Shown: positions 48,037-59,328, numbered from the stretch's first letter. The stretch is 64,000 bases of DNA from Clostridia bacterium (GCA_017517745.1 JAFWYJ010000010.1:146-64145); one strand, 5' to 3'. Made by a program: numbers and translations. The notes: generated by a model not told the origin, from the letters alone.

Positions 48037-48846
48037 TTACTGCCTGCGTTCCCCCTCAACGTCACGTTGCTCGACAGGCGCCGTCGGATAAAACTTCTCC
48101 GTCTCCTCGGGCGTGACGTGCAACAGCACGTAAATCTCCCACGCCGCAACGGCGACACCCAAAACCGCGGTGATCACGATCGTAGGCACATTCCAGATCT
48201 TCCCCGCCCCCAAGGTCGGGATCAGCATGCCTCCAAAATCAAAAACAGCATGCAGAAGGATACAAATCAGAAGATTTCCCGTTTTGAGTAAGACGATCGA
48301 GCACATGCCTCCGATGAGGAAGGAATATCCCACCTGCATCAGTGTCGCGCCGACACCCGCGCCATCCAAAAGATTGGTGAGATGTAAAAGTCCGAACAGC
48401 GCGGAAGACACCACCGTCGTCCAAAAGATCTTCTTTTTGCTGTCGCGCCGCTTCTCGAGGATCGCCAAAAACAGCGTGCCGCGAAAGGCAAGCTCTTCAA
48501 AAACGCCGATCAGGAGCGCATCCGCGACAAAGAGCGGAAAGAGATCCCAACGCTCCACCCATGCCGTGCCGTTTGCGAGTGCCAAAATCGGAAGATTGTT
48601 GACGACAACCGCGATGCAAGGCAACCAAACGCTCCAAGCCGATTTCGGCGGCAGATGCAAAAGACGGTAATGGAAATAGAGGCAAAGCGACAGAAACACA
48701 ACGCTTCCAAAAAGACGATACACCAACGACTCACAAAGGCGCTGAGTCAGCTCCTCCTGTGCATACGTTGGCTCGAAATACCAAACGTATCCAACCGCCG
48801 CCACGCCAAGCAACAGCATCAAACGGCTGATTTTATCACGCATCAT
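48037..48846 (-). CDS. CPBP-family intramembrane metalloprotease
   Basis: GVFEELAFRGTLF, FGLLHL, HAVFD. The start overlaps the end of lgt. Confidence 0.8.
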   Translation of the reverse strand: MMRDKISRLMLLLGVAAVGYVWYFEPTYAQEELTQRLCESLVYRLFGSVVFLSLCLYFHYRLLHLPPKSAWSVWLPCIAVVVNNLPILALANGTAWVERWDLFPLFVADALLIGVFEELAFRGTLFLAILEKRRDSKKKIFWTTVVSSALFGLLHLTNLLDGAGVGATLMQVGYSFLIGGMCSIVLLKTGNLLICILLHAVFDFGGMLIPTLGAGKIWNVPTIVITAVLGVAVAAWEIYVLLHVTPEETEKFYPTAPVEQRDVEGERRQ

Positions 48847-49618
48847 GCATCTCTCCCTTCTCTCGACTCTTTTTGTCAAGACGGTACTCCAACCACCAAA
48901 GCGCAATGCCGAACAAAACCAACAGACAAGCCATCAGTTGCGAGGGTGACAAAAAGGAAACCACCGTCGCACCGCGCTCGTCTGCGCGAAAATACTCGAT
49001 GAAAAAACGCCAAATCGCATAGACGATCAGATAAAGTCCGAGATTTCCTCGGCGGCCCTTCCAAAGTCGCAAACTCAAAAGAAACGTCAAGACAAACAGG
49101 AAAAGAGCTTCAAACAGTTGCAACGGAACGGTTTTCGCACCGAGCGTGACGTTGTAAACGCCGCACCATGCATCGGTCACCTCCCCGTGGCAGCAGCCCG
49201 CCATCAAGCATCCCAATCGACCAAAGCCGTGCGCCAGTGCGATCGATCCCGCCGCGATCTCGGAAACCGCGAAAAAGCGGCGTGCGGCAACTCCTTCGCC
49301 AAGGAACAGACGTCCGCCGAGAAAATAAACCGCCAAAAAAATCAACGCGCCGCCAATCAAGCCACCGTAAAAAGTCGAGCCTGCCGACAGCGTAAGGACG
49401 CCAGCGTCGAGATAATGATAAAACGCCTGAAAAAGCGCTGCCGAAAAGAAACCGCCAAACAAGGCACAGAGTGCCGAAGCGATGACCAAGTTTTGCAATT
49501 TTGCCGAAAAGGCAAGTCGGTCAGCCCACAGGCGGAAATAAACCAACGCCGCGAAAAAACCGACTGCGATCAAAAGATCGTACAAATCCAATCCCCAAAA
49601 GAGATCGTACGGATACAT
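48836..49618 (-). CDS. lgt: prolipoprotein diacylglyceryl transferase
   Basis: GRLGCLMAGCCHG. ATG 49618 follows GGAGGG. Confidence 0.88.
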   Translation of the reverse strand: MYPYDLFWGLDLYDLLIAVGFFAALVYFRLWADRLAFSAKLQNLVIASALCALFGGFFSAALFQAFYHYLDAGVLTLSAGSTFYGGLIGGALIFLAVYFLGGRLFLGEGVAARRFFAVSEIAAGSIALAHGFGRLGCLMAGCCHGEVTDAWCGVYNVTLGAKTVPLQLFEALFLFVLTFLLSLRLWKGRRGNLGLYLIVYAIWRFFIEYFRADERGATVVSFLSPSQLMACLLVLFGIALWWLEYRLDKKSREKGEMHDA

Positions 49619-49704
49619 ATGTATTCCCTCCGTGAAAAGCACTGAACCCCGAACTCGGAACTGCCTCGGCGACAAAAATCGCCAAGGCAACCGAGGTTTC
49701 TTTT

Positions 49705-49733
49705 ATCATACCATATTTTTCTTCAAAAATCAA
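49705..49733 (-). promoter_or_regulatory. lgt promoter
   Basis: On the minus strand: TTGATT, 17 nt ending in TGG, TATGAT. Confidence 0.55.
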
Positions 49734-49749
49734 GATTCGCAAGAGAAAT

Positions 49750-50715
49750 TCATCTGCAATCAGTGATAAAGTGTCTCAGGCGAATCAGAAGCAATGCCGA
49801 TGCGAAGCAGGCCAGAGCCGTGAAAAAAAGATAGCTCTCTGCCGCAAGAAGCACCCCCACGATATTCAGTGCCACCGTAATCAAAAGCAAAACGCCGCCA
49901 CACTGCGGAGGATTGAGGCCGACTGCGCAAATGCGGTGATGCAAATGCGCGCGATCTGCCGAAAACGGACTTTTCCCGCGCAGAACCCGCCGCACAACGG
50001 CAGTGAAAAGATCGGTCAGCGGATAAGCAAACATCAGAAGAGGGGACAAACTTACGAACAGACTCTCACCTTCCGCAAACAGAGGCAAAGAAAGCATTCC
50101 GAGCAAAAAGCCCACCGTTCCGGATCCGCAATCGCCCGCAAAAATCTCGGCGGGATGGCGATTGAAGCATCGAAAGCCCAGACAAGCCCCCGCCAAAAGA
50201 AGCGGCGGCATTGCAAAATCCCCTTCCCCGCGTGATAAAAACGCCGCACAGAGCGCGCTCCCCTCGATTGCAGAACATCCCGCAAAAAGCCCATCCAAGC
50301 CGTCGATGAAATTGTGCGCGTTTGTCAAAACGACCACCCAGAGAATCGCCCAAACCGCCACGTTCTCCGAAACGATTCCACTTGCGAATACGCTTGCCGT
50401 TGCCGCCGCGAATTGAAACAAAAGCTTGAAAAAAGCGGGTAAACAAAACATATCGTCTGCCAATCCCAAGGCAAACAACAAGCCTCCTCCGCATAAAACC
50501 GAAATCAAATACGGGAAACGCCCTGCAAAAACAATGGCAGACGCGGTGAAACTGAAAAAAATCGCCAGGCCGCCGGCGCGCGGAATCGGATTGCTGTGCA
50601 TCCGTCTCCAATCCCGCGGAACGTCAATCGCTCCAATCCGCCAAGCAAGTGCAATCACGGCGGGAATCAGCATGAGGCACAGCGAAAACGACAACAAGCC
50701 ACCAAGCAACAGCAT
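49750..50715 (-). CDS. GT4 polyprenyl-phosphate HexNAc-1-phosphate transferase (WecA/TagO/MraY family)
   Basis: DVPRDWRRMHSNPIPRAGGLAIF and NAHNFIDGLDGL. Confidence 0.85.
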   Translation of the reverse strand: MLLLGGLLSFSLCLMLIPAVIALAWRIGAIDVPRDWRRMHSNPIPRAGGLAIFFSFTASAIVFAGRFPYLISVLCGGGLLFALGLADDMFCLPAFFKLLFQFAAATASVFASGIVSENVAVWAILWVVVLTNAHNFIDGLDGLFAGCSAIEGSALCAAFLSRGEGDFAMPPLLLAGACLGFRCFNRHPAEIFAGDCGSGTVGFLLGMLSLPLFAEGESLFVSLSPLLMFAYPLTDLFTAVVRRVLRGKSPFSADRAHLHHRICAVGLNPPQCGGVLLLITVALNIVGVLLAAESYLFFTALACFASALLLIRLRHFITDCR

Positions 50716-50802
50716 ATCTAACAATCCTTTGCATGAAAAATTCAACAAAAACGGAGAAAGGCACGTTGGTCCTTCCTCCGTTGTCTTTTTTTGATGTAGC
50801 AC

Positions 50803-51804
50803 TCAGCGCAGTTGCACGAATCCAAGCTTTTTCTTGACCTTGGAAAGCGTGCGGCGCGCATACCAAGATGCCTCTTCGGCACCTTTTTTCATTTGCGCCT
50901 CAAGCGCCGCCTTGTCTGCAAGAAGCGCGTGATATTTCTCCTGTACGGGTGCGAGTGCATCTGCGGTCACCTCTCCGACGGCAAGCTTGAAATCGCCATA
51001 GCCCTTGCCGTTGAATTCGCGCTCGATCTCCTCGATCGTTTTGCCCGTGAAGCAGGAATAAATGCTCATCAGATTGCTCACGCCGGGCTTGTCTTCGGCA
51101 TAGCGCACCTCAGAGCCGGAATCGGTCACCGCGCGTTTGAACTTTCTAATAATTGTATCACGATCATCGAGAATATATACCACCGCGTTGGTATTTTCAT
51201 CGGATTTGCTCATTTTTTTGGTCGGATCTGCCAAGGACATGATCTTCATGCCGCTGCGAGAAATGATCGGTTCCGGCACGGTGAAGGTATCGGGATAGAT
51301 CTGATTGAAGCGCTCGGCAATATCACGGCAAAGCTCGACGTGCTGTTTCTGGTCAATCCCCACGGGAACCACGTCGGTCTGATACAGCAAAATATCAGAC
51401 GCCATCAAAACGGGATAAGTAAAGAGACCTGCATTGATGTTGTCGGAATGCTTTGCACTCTTATCCTTGAACTGTGTCATGCGCGAAAGCTCTCCGAACA
51501 TCGTGAAGCAGTTGAGCATCCACGCAAGCTCGGTGTGCTCCGGCACCATCGATTGGACGTAAAGCGTATTCTTCTCGGGATCCAATCCGCACGCCATATA
51601 AAGAGCCAGCGTCTCATAGGTGCGGCGGCGAAGCTCCGCAGGCACCTGCCTGACGGTGATGGCATGCTGATCCACCACGCAGTAAAAGGTTTTATATTTC
51701 TCAGAATAGGTAGAAAAATTCCGAATTGCGCCCAAATAATTTCCAATCGTCAGATTTCCGCTGGGCTGGACACCGGAATAAGATACTTTTTGTTCGCCAA
51801 ACAT
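50803..51804 (-). CDS. trpS: tryptophan--tRNA ligase
   Basis: SGVQPSGNLTIGNYLGA and KMSKS. Confidence 0.95.
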   Translation of the reverse strand: MFGEQKVSYSGVQPSGNLTIGNYLGAIRNFSTYSEKYKTFYCVVDQHAITVRQVPAELRRRTYETLALYMACGLDPEKNTLYVQSMVPEHTELAWMLNCFTMFGELSRMTQFKDKSAKHSDNINAGLFTYPVLMASDILLYQTDVVPVGIDQKQHVELCRDIAERFNQIYPDTFTVPEPIISRSGMKIMSLADPTKKMSKSDENTNAVVYILDDRDTIIRKFKRAVTDSGSEVRYAEDKPGVSNLMSIYSCFTGKTIEEIEREFNGKGYGDFKLAVGEVTADALAPVQEKYHALLADKAALEAQMKKGAEEASWYARRTLSKVKKKLGFVQLR

Positions 51805-51837
51805 GTCTGATTCCTCTTGCTTTCATAAATATGCTTT

Positions 51838-51866
51838 ATTGTATCACAAAACGCCGCATTTTTCAA
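51838..51866 (-). promoter_or_regulatory. trpS promoter
   Basis: On the minus strand: TTGAAA, 17 nt ending in TGA, TACAAT. Confidence 0.65.
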
Positions 51867-51923
51867 GGGGAAAGAAGAAATTTTTCTTTCAAAAAGGATT
51901 TTCTCCTCTGCGACGGAAAAGAC

Positions 51924-51950
51924 GGGGCTGTCTTTTGACAAGACAGCCCC
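51924..51950 (-). terminator. terminator of the large lipoprotein gene
   Basis: GGGGCTGTCTT-gtcaa-AAGACAGCCCC followed by GTCTTTTCC (minus strand). Confidence 0.75.
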
Positions 51951-51958
51951 TTGAAACA

Positions 51959-54937
51959 TTATTTCTTTTCCTTGGGAAGATAGCCGCAGCTCGCCATCCA
52001 GGAGTAATATACTGCGAAAGGCGAATCGTAATATACGTAATCTTCCTTGCCCTGATAGTATCCCTCTTCCATCTTCATGGTCTCTTCATTGAGAACCATG
52101 ATGGTCTGTTTCTCATAGTTGGTAATAAACTTGAGATATTGGTGAATCTCTTTCAGGTTTGTGGTTTTTTCCGAATCAAAGCGATTGTCACAGACGTACT
52201 TCCAATCGTTCTTGAGCGTAGCGAAGAGCGTCTTGAAGTTGAGCTGATTGTAAACGGGAGCTTCCTCGCCGGTCGAGAGCAACAAGCTGATCTCAGAAAC
52301 CAGCTGCGCGTACTTTTCGATCGCCGTGTTCAGAGCCGCATCAATGGCAGCGGGCGTGCTGGCAGGGTTGTCGGCAACCTTGCGGTACGCCTGATAATAT
52401 TCTTGGAACTTCGTTTCCAAGATTCCGTTTTCGCCGGCAATATTATCATTCAGCTTTTCCATGAATTTGATCAGCTCGGTGTCCAGATTTCCAAACGGCT
52501 TGAACTCGGGGTTTCCGGCGGTTTTGAGTTTATATGCCTCCTGTTTGTCACCGTTGATCGTAACAGTGTCAACCTTGGCATCCTTGTCAACCGTCACCTG
52601 AATATACTCCAACAGATAGGTCGGATCGCTCTGCTCATTGAGCATCTCCTCGCCATAAGGGTAATAGAAATTCAAAACGAGGTTATCCAAGTCACCCGAA
52701 AGGATGAGGTTGAAATTGGTGGCAAGTTTCAGATTTGCACGGTAAACCACAAAGGTATATACTGCCTTATCGCCAACCTCTTTTCTGTCATGCATCAAGA
52801 ATTGGGCTGCATTTTTACCCACGATCTTGGCATCGCACTCGTTGAACCAATTGTTCAAAACGTCATTCTCGAGAACGGTGGGCTTGCTGAGATTGAAAAA
52901 TCCGTCGATGGAATAGTTCTTGGTGTGAAGCAAATCAAAGTTGAGAGCACCTTCGTAATTCGTGATCTTCAGATCCTTTGCCTTGTCATTCACTTTGCAC
53001 TTCAGTTCGAACTCATTGTCCTTTTTGGTGTAAAGATTGAAGACGGAAAGCTCGTATTTCGCAGCAGAGCCGTCTGCAGTGGCATAGGTGAGAATGAAGT
53101 CCAGATCGGTCTGTACCTCGACATCCTTGCCCGTCTTCTCGTCTTTCTTCTTGCCCATCACGCGCTTATCCTCCACGTTGAAGGTAAGCTTCTTGGAAAC
53201 GTCATTGTTATAAACGTAGTAGGTCGCGTTCATGAACTGGTCATCGTCAACCTCGGAGGTGCTGAGCACGTAGATGCCCTTTCCTGCCTTGTCGCACTCC
53301 GTGAGCCAATCCTTGATAACCTCATTCTGAGAGAAGATCTCCTTGGAATATCCGCTGGAGAAAGAGATGTTGTAGCCACAAGAATCCAACGAAATCGATT
53401 CTTCAAACTCGGGTGCCATGCTTGCCGCGTGTTCTTTGAAGTTCAATCCAAGCAACGGATCCACAAAAGAATCGCGGTTTTGCACCTTTCCGCTCTCCCA
53501 AATGTCCTTCGACATACCGGACTGCGTGTCGATGTAAGCCAGGAACGCGTTACCCGTTGCATAAAGATCCATCATGTAATCGGAGTTGAGACGAGTCGCG
53601 GACTTCACGCCGTTCTCATCGGTCGTCACCGTGTAGTGAACACCCTCCACACCGTACTGAAGCAGGTTGCGGAAGTATGCGTTGGTGTTCATATAAGTAA
53701 TGATCTGCATGCTGCGCGAGACGCTCTTCGAATATTTGCAAACGCCGAACATGTTGCCGTAGATATCCTCGGAGGTTGCGGTCGGATAGCCGACGATGAC
53801 GGGATAGTATGCGTCGCCGTTTTCGTCGACGTACTCGTTTTTGGTCATGATGCTCGAGTCACCGGTGATAAACTTCACGGCAACGCCGCCGTCGCGGGTT
53901 TCGGTATCATCGCTCTGGCGGAAGTAATCCTTGAAGCGGAACTCGTTCAGCTTCAGATAATCCGCAGCAAACTCGGGATCTGCAAACAAGCTGTCAAAGC
54001 CGAGGATCGCGCTACCGCGGTTCAGCTCTTCAATCTTTCTGTAATAAGCGCCGAAGACAGAGAACTCATCCAACATCTCGTAGGTTTCGGAATCAATCGA
54101 CCAATAGTGTGCCAGGAGATCCAAACACTCGTCGTAGCTTGCATCAACCGGAATCACGTCCTTCTCAAACAGATAGATGAGGTTCAGGAAGGAATAGAGA
54201 TTTTCGTTGTAGAAGCCGTCGATCATGCCCTTTTCGGCGTATGCATGCTGATTGTACTTCTTCATCAACTCCTTGTTCAGGAGCATGTAGGTGTACTCAC
54301 CGATGACAAGGTTGTTGGGAAGCGCGTATGTCGTACCGTTGTGCTTTGCGGCAGACAGAAGCGTCGAAGAAACATACTCCTTGATCTTCTTGGACGAACC
54401 CGAAAGCTCGGTGTCAAGTTCTGCAAGCCAGTCCTTTTCGATGAAGTCAATATACATATCCTCGCCGGAGATGTAAATAATGTCCACCTGATTTGCAAGC
54501 AACTCGGGATACTTGATGACCGTCAGACCCCACTCATTGGTTTCGGTCTCGTCGGTCACCGCTCCGGATTCGACCTCCGTTTCGGGCTCTACTCCGACGG
54601 GAGGCATCTCTTCAACGGCTCCGCCGCTTTCCTCATAAGCTGCGATCGTCTTTTCCAAGGTTGTCTTGTATTCATCCTCGGTCAGATAATTGATCACAAG
54701 CTGTGTTTTGAATTTTGATTTGGTCACCGCATTGATCTGCGCGCTGACAGCAGCGGCAGTTGCAGGTGCGATCTTTTCCTCGGAAACGATCCACATCGTC
54801 AACGTCATTGCGCTCTCGGATGCTTTTTTCTCAATGTCCTCGGTTGCCGATTCGTCATCCTTCTTTGAACAACTCGACAGCACCATGGGCAGGAGCATCA
54901 CAAGACACAGAACCAAACAGACCAGTCTTTTTTTCAT
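51959..54937 (-). CDS. 992-aa lipoprotein with a solute-binding-protein-like N-terminal region
   Basis: MKKRLVCLVLCLVMLLPMVLSSC (lipobox) after GGAGGAATCAAA. No permease or ATPase genes are nearby. Confidence 0.7.
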   Translation of the reverse strand: MKKRLVCLVLCLVMLLPMVLSSCSKKDDESATEDIEKKASESAMTLTMWIVSEEKIAPATAAAVSAQINAVTKSKFKTQLVINYLTEDEYKTTLEKTIAAYEESGGAVEEMPPVGVEPETEVESGAVTDETETNEWGLTVIKYPELLANQVDIIYISGEDMYIDFIEKDWLAELDTELSGSSKKIKEYVSSTLLSAAKHNGTTYALPNNLVIGEYTYMLLNKELMKKYNQHAYAEKGMIDGFYNENLYSFLNLIYLFEKDVIPVDASYDECLDLLAHYWSIDSETYEMLDEFSVFGAYYRKIEELNRGSAILGFDSLFADPEFAADYLKLNEFRFKDYFRQSDDTETRDGGVAVKFITGDSSIMTKNEYVDENGDAYYPVIVGYPTATSEDIYGNMFGVCKYSKSVSRSMQIITYMNTNAYFRNLLQYGVEGVHYTVTTDENGVKSATRLNSDYMMDLYATGNAFLAYIDTQSGMSKDIWESGKVQNRDSFVDPLLGLNFKEHAASMAPEFEESISLDSCGYNISFSSGYSKEIFSQNEVIKDWLTECDKAGKGIYVLSTSEVDDDQFMNATYYVYNNDVSKKLTFNVEDKRVMGKKKDEKTGKDVEVQTDLDFILTYATADGSAAKYELSVFNLYTKKDNEFELKCKVNDKAKDLKITNYEGALNFDLLHTKNYSIDGFFNLSKPTVLENDVLNNWFNECDAKIVGKNAAQFLMHDRKEVGDKAVYTFVVYRANLKLATNFNLILSGDLDNLVLNFYYPYGEEMLNEQSDPTYLLEYIQVTVDKDAKVDTVTINGDKQEAYKLKTAGNPEFKPFGNLDTELIKFMEKLNDNIAGENGILETKFQEYYQAYRKVADNPASTPAAIDAALNTAIEKYAQLVSEISLLLSTGEEAPVYNQLNFKTLFATLKNDWKYVCDNRFDSEKTTNLKEIHQYLKFITNYEKQTIMVLNEETMKMEEGYYQGKEDYVYYDSPFAVYYSWMASCGYLPKEKK

Positions 54938-55218
54938 TTTGATTCCTCCAGAAAATTGAGCGTATTCCAGCGTTTGAAAACATTGGAATAGGCGCATATT
55001 TATACTAGTATATTTTACACCATTTTTGATGATATGTCAAGTGAATTTTTTGTGACCAAAACAAGCAAAAAACCGCAATCTTTCACTTTCGACACTTTAC
55101 GTTCACATTTTGACATCACACTGCACAAACACAATCCGTTCGTTTTTGTTGTTTTGACGTTTTTTTTGTTTTTTTCAAACAAAAAGCAACCTTTTGTTTT
55201 ATAAAAACAAACCAAATT

Positions 55219-56379
55219 TCACTCCATAAATCCCTTCAAATGTCTTGCACGGCTGGGATGACGCAATTTGCGCAAAGCCTTCGCCTCGATCTGACGAATT
55301 CGCTCACGCGTGATGTCAAATTCCTTGCCGACCTCCTCAAGGGTGCGGGTTCTGCCGTCATAAAGTCCGAAGCGCAGCTTGATGACGTGTGCCTCTCGGG
55401 GCGTCAGCGTGTGAAGCTGCTTTTCCAACTCCTCGCGCAAAATGTTGGTGGAGGTGGCTTCTGCGGGAGAAGGCGTGTCGTCATCGGGAATGAAGTCTCC
55501 CAGATGGCTGTCCTCTTCCTCGCCGATCGGGGTTTCAAGCGACACGGGTTCTTGCGCGATCTTCATGATCTCGCGCACCTTTTCCGCGCTCATGCCCATC
55601 TTTTCTCCGATCTCCTCAGGCGTTGCCTCACGGCCAAGCTCCTGCAACATCTGACGCGAATAGCGCGACACCTTGTGAATCGTTTCCACCATGTGAACGG
55701 GAATACGAATGGTACGTGCCTGGTCGGCAATCGCGCGGGTGATTGCCTGACGGATCCACCACGTAGCATAGGTAGAGAATTTGTATCCCTTGGTATAGTC
55801 AAACTTATCAACCGCCTTCATGAGTCCGAGATTACCCTCCTGAATCAGATCCAGGAAGAACATTCCGCGGCCGACATATCTCTTCGCGATGCTGACAACC
55901 AGTCGGAGGTTCGCCTCGACCAGCTCGTTCTTCGCCTCCTCGTCGCCCTCCATCATGCGCTCGGCAAGCACCTTTTCCCGCTCGTTCGTGAGCAGCGGAA
56001 CCTTTCCGATCTCCTTCAGATACAGACGAACGGGATCATCGATGGCAAGGCCCTCCTGCTCGAGGATCCGTTCCATGTTTTCACCGGCGCCAAAGCTTTC
56101 GACCTCGCTCTCAATCGCGCTCATTTCCTCGCTGGAAATCTCGCCCTCATCGAAGGAAATGCCGTTATCCTCACAAGTCTCGTACAGCTTGTCCAGGCTT
56201 TCCGCATCAAAATCCAGCGTCTCCATCGCCTCGTCGATCTCATCCGCAGAAAGCTTTCCCTTCTTTGCCTTCTCCAACAGCTGATCCATGCTTTGCTTTT
56301 TTTCTTCTTCGCTCTTTTCCAGCGCTGCCTCCTCGTCAAGCTCGTCGACAATCAAATCCTTTTCATCCGTGTGTTTCAT
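55219..56379 (-). CDS. rpoD: RNA polymerase sigma factor RpoD/SigA
   Basis: [24 protein letters not shown] and [17 protein letters not shown]. Confidence 0.95.
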   Translation of the reverse strand: MKHTDEKDLIVDELDEEAALEKSEEEKKQSMDQLLEKAKKGKLSADEIDEAMETLDFDAESLDKLYETCEDNGISFDEGEISSEEMSAIESEVESFGAGENMERILEQEGLAIDDPVRLYLKEIGKVPLLTNEREKVLAERMMEGDEEAKNELVEANLRLVVSIAKRYVGRGMFFLDLIQEGNLGLMKAVDKFDYTKGYKFSTYATWWIRQAITRAIADQARTIRIPVHMVETIHKVSRYSRQMLQELGREATPEEIGEKMGMSAEKVREIMKIAQEPVSLETPIGEEEDSHLGDFIPDDDTPSPAEATSTNILREELEKQLHTLTPREAHVIKLRFGLYDGRTRTLEEVGKEFDITRERIRQIEAKALRKLRHPSRARHLKGFME

Positions 56380-58172
56380 GTTTTATCTGCCTTTCCTTTA
56401 TGTAGTTTTGCTTTCTTTTCACGTAAATACGCAATTTTTTCGTTCAAAGAACTGTTTTTCATGTTCTCTTTCGTTCTCGCATCCCGCAACACGGCGGCAG
56501 CAGAACGGAGAACCTCCGGTCCGTTTTGCACAAGCTGTTGCCGCGCGATCTCGGTCTTTTCGATTCTGCCCATTTCGTCGGGGGTAAACTCGGCTCCGAG
56601 CAACTCATATCGCAAACCGCCATCGGTACGGTGCATCCGCATCATGGAAGAAAAGACCCGTCGGTGAAAATCCGTGACGAAATCCTCTTCACTCAAAACG
56701 ATCTCACCTTTTTCCACAGCGTTTCGGTATTCCTCTTTCAGCAAGAGAAGTCCCAATACCGTTTCCTCCGCCGACACCGCGCGCGGGTCCTTGGCGGCTT
56801 CGGGATTGATCCGATCTCCAAAGTTCTTGACCGAAGCCATCGCCTCACGGCTCTGTTTGGCATCGTAGGCTCGTTTTTGCTTTCGTCGGATCTGCTCGAC
56901 TGAATTTTTGAGAACCTCCTTCGGAAGCTCCAAAAGGTTCGAGGCTTGTGAAATATAGACCTCACGTTCCACTCCCGACCAATACTCCGCGATCAGCGCA
57001 CAGATCTCCGAGGTCGCCTTGATCTTTTCCGAGCCGACCGTCAGATCGAACTTGGAAAGAATCCGCTCGGATTTGTGATCAAAGCCGGTCTTGCTTTGCT
57101 CGAGCACTTGTCGGAACTTGTCCGATCCGAACTTCTTGATGTATTCGTCGGGGTCCTTGGCGCCGCTGAGCTTGAGCACGCGCACCTCCATTCCAACCTC
57201 CCCCAAAATCCGCATCGCCTTGTTGGCGGCGTTCTGTCCGGCATCGTCGGAATCGTAGGAGATGACGACCTTTTGGGTGTATTTGGAAAACACGCGAGCG
57301 TGATCGGGGGTGATCGCCGTTCCGAGGGTTGCCACCGCATATTCAAAGCCGGCGGCGTGCAGAGCGATCACATCCATGTATCCCTCGCAAAGAATCGCTT
57401 TTTCTGCACAATGATTCTTGGCGAAATTGAGTGCGAACAAATGTCGGCTCTTTTTGAACGCTGGTGTGTCCGAAGAGTTGAGATACTTCGGCTTGCTGTC
57501 ATCCATCACACGTCCACCGAACGCCACCACGTTGCCCGAAGTGTCAATGATGGGAAACATCACGCGGTCGCGGAAATAATCGTATGTCCTTCCCGTTTTC
57601 TGGCTTTTTCCGCAAAGGCAGGCGGCAACCAGCTCCTCGTCGGTGTATCCCAGACGGTGCATGTGGTCGGTGAGCGATTGAAAGCTGTTCGGCGCGAATC
57701 CAAGCCCAAAATGCTTGATGGTTGCCATCGAAAGCCCACGATCCTCATGTAAATATTTCATTCCCTCGGCTCCCAGCCGCTCGTCAAACAAGCAAGCACG
57801 GAAAAACTTTGCCGCCTCGAGATTCATCTCGAGAACGCGTTTTCTCGACACGCCGCGCGTCTCGTATGCCGCTTCGCTTTCCTTGGGCAGCGGCAGTCCC
57901 ACGCGATTGGCAAGATACTCCACCGCCTCCGGAAAATCCAAATTTTCTATTTTCTGAACGAAGGTGATCGCCGAACCTCCGGCGTGACATCCGAAGCAGA
58001 AAAACATCCGTTTGACGGGAGAAACCGAAAAAGACGGCGTTTTTTCACTGTGAAACGGACAGCGTCCCCAAAGATTGGCACCCTGCCGTTTGAGCTCCAC
58101 GTAACGCCCGATCAGTTCCTCGATGTCGGTCCTGTCGACGACCTCCTGTATAAAATTTTCGGAAAATCTCAT
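56376..58172 (-). CDS. dnaG: DNA primase
   Basis: Zinc finger [14 protein letters not shown]...FCFGCHAGG and a Toprim domain (EGYMDVI). ATGA overlap with rpoD. Confidence 0.95.
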   Translation of the reverse strand: MRFSENFIQEVVDRTDIEELIGRYVELKRQGANLWGRCPFHSEKTPSFSVSPVKRMFFCFGCHAGGSAITFVQKIENLDFPEAVEYLANRVGLPLPKESEAAYETRGVSRKRVLEMNLEAAKFFRACLFDERLGAEGMKYLHEDRGLSMATIKHFGLGFAPNSFQSLTDHMHRLGYTDEELVAACLCGKSQKTGRTYDYFRDRVMFPIIDTSGNVVAFGGRVMDDSKPKYLNSSDTPAFKKSRHLFALNFAKNHCAEKAILCEGYMDVIALHAAGFEYAVATLGTAITPDHARVFSKYTQKVVISYDSDDAGQNAANKAMRILGEVGMEVRVLKLSGAKDPDEYIKKFGSDKFRQVLEQSKTGFDHKSERILSKFDLTVGSEKIKATSEICALIAEYWSGVEREVYISQASNLLELPKEVLKNSVEQIRRKQKRAYDAKQSREAMASVKNFGDRINPEAAKDPRAVSAEETVLGLLLLKEEYRNAVEKGEIVLSEEDFVTDFHRRVFSSMMRMHRTDGGLRYELLGAEFTPDEMGRIEKTEIARQQLVQNGPEVLRSAAAVLRDARTKENMKNSSLNEKIAYLREKKAKLHKGKADKT

Positions 58173-58174
58173 CG

Positions 58175-59197
58175 TTAATTACTCCATACTTTCGGAATAA
58201 ACAATTCCTTATAGGTTTCGATCGCATAGCGGTCGGTCATTCCCGAAATAAAATCGCAAACACAGCGTGCAACGCCGTCGAACTCCATGCGTCTGCGATA
58301 AAGCTCCGGCATCTGCTCGGGATGCTTGACAAAATGCGAAAACAACTGCCCCAGCATTTCCTTGGCTCTGCCGTCCTGGGCCTTCGCAACCGGATTGGTG
58401 TAGACCGCGTCGAACATAAACGCCCGGAGGCGGTCGGTCGCATCTTGTACCTCGTCGGACATGCGGATCTCGTTTCGGTCGGTGCTTGCCTGAATGACCG
58501 CGGAGACCATCGTGTTGATCCGCTTGCTGTGCGTCTCGCCCAAAAGCTCCCGAAGGTCTCGCGGAATATCCTCCGTGGAGAGAATCCCCGCACGGCAAGC
58601 ATCATCAATGTCATGATTGATGTAGGCGATCCGATCGGCATACTTGATGACAACGCCCTCCAGCGTGGAAGCCATGCAGCTTCCCGTGTGGTTCACGATC
58701 GCATCGCGCACCTCCCACGTCAAATTCAAGCCATTTCCGTCATTTTCCAGCTTTTCCACCACGCGCAAACTTTGTTTGTAATGCGTGAAATCCTTGGAAA
58801 AGAATTCCTGCATTGCCGTCTCTCCGGAATGCCCGAAGGGGGTGTGTCCCAAATCGTGTCCCAAAGCCGCCGCCTCGGTCAGATCCTCGTTCAGGCGCAG
58901 GGCGCGCGCGATGATCCGCGCGATCTGAGAGACCTCCAACGTATGCGTCAGGCGCGTGCGATAATGATCACCCGCAGGAGCCAAAAAAACCTGGGTCTTG
59001 TTCATCAGACGTCGAAAGGACTGCGAGTGAATGATGCGGTCGCGGTCACGCTGAAATTCCGTTCTCATGTCGCAGGGAACGTAATCCTTGTCGCGACCTT
59101 TTGTGTTTGCCGTCAAAAAGGCGTAGGGAGAAAGCGTGTTTTTCTCACGCTCCAAAAACATTTCGCACACACTGCTCAAAGGAACACCTCCCAACAA
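58175..59197 (-). CDS. dgt: dGTPase-like HD-domain triphosphohydrolase
   Basis: RTRLTHTLEVSQIARIIARAL...HDLGHTPFGHSGE. The start is ambiguous (TTG 59179 or ATG 59161 are alternatives). Confidence 0.85.
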   Translation of the reverse strand: MLGGVPLSSVCEMFLEREKNTLSPYAFLTANTKGRDKDYVPCDMRTEFQRDRDRIIHSQSFRRLMNKTQVFLAPAGDHYRTRLTHTLEVSQIARIIARALRLNEDLTEAAALGHDLGHTPFGHSGETAMQEFFSKDFTHYKQSLRVVEKLENDGNGLNLTWEVRDAIVNHTGSCMASTLEGVVIKYADRIAYINHDIDDACRAGILSTEDIPRDLRELLGETHSKRINTMVSAVIQASTDRNEIRMSDEVQDATDRLRAFMFDAVYTNPVAKAQDGRAKEMLGQLFSHFVKHPEQMPELYRRRMEFDGVARCVCDFISGMTDRYAIETYKELFIPKVWSN

Positions 59198-59262
59198 AAA
59201 ATGATCCTATATAACTAATATACGCAAAAATTCCGAAAAACACTTTTTTATCTCTAAAATAC

Positions 59263-59291
59263 TTGATTTTTTTGCAGATTTATGCTATACT
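59263..59291 (+). promoter_or_regulatory. MFS gene promoter
   Basis: TTGATT, 17 nt ending in TGC, TATACT. Confidence 0.55.
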
Positions 59292-59328
59292 TGCTCTATT
59301 CTTATCGTTCCTCGGAGGATCGCATCTC

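Noticed and set aside
51805-51958. Possible T-box leader upstream of trpS
   Set aside because: Only 154 nt are available, and these are occupied by the upstream terminator and a promoter. I see no specifier or T-box (AGGGUGGNACCGCG-like) sequence.
51803-54718. 971-aa ORF on the plus strand
   Set aside because: It is entirely antisense to the RBS- and lipobox-supported lipoprotein gene. It has no RBS and a low-complexity L/V/I/H/R-rich translation. This is a typical stop-free antisense frame.
55015-55215. 66-aa ORF in the AT-rich spacer between rpoD and the lipoprotein gene
   Set aside because: It has a TTG start without an RBS, a Lys/Cys-rich composition typical of translated AT-rich spacer, and it overlaps the rpoD terminator region.
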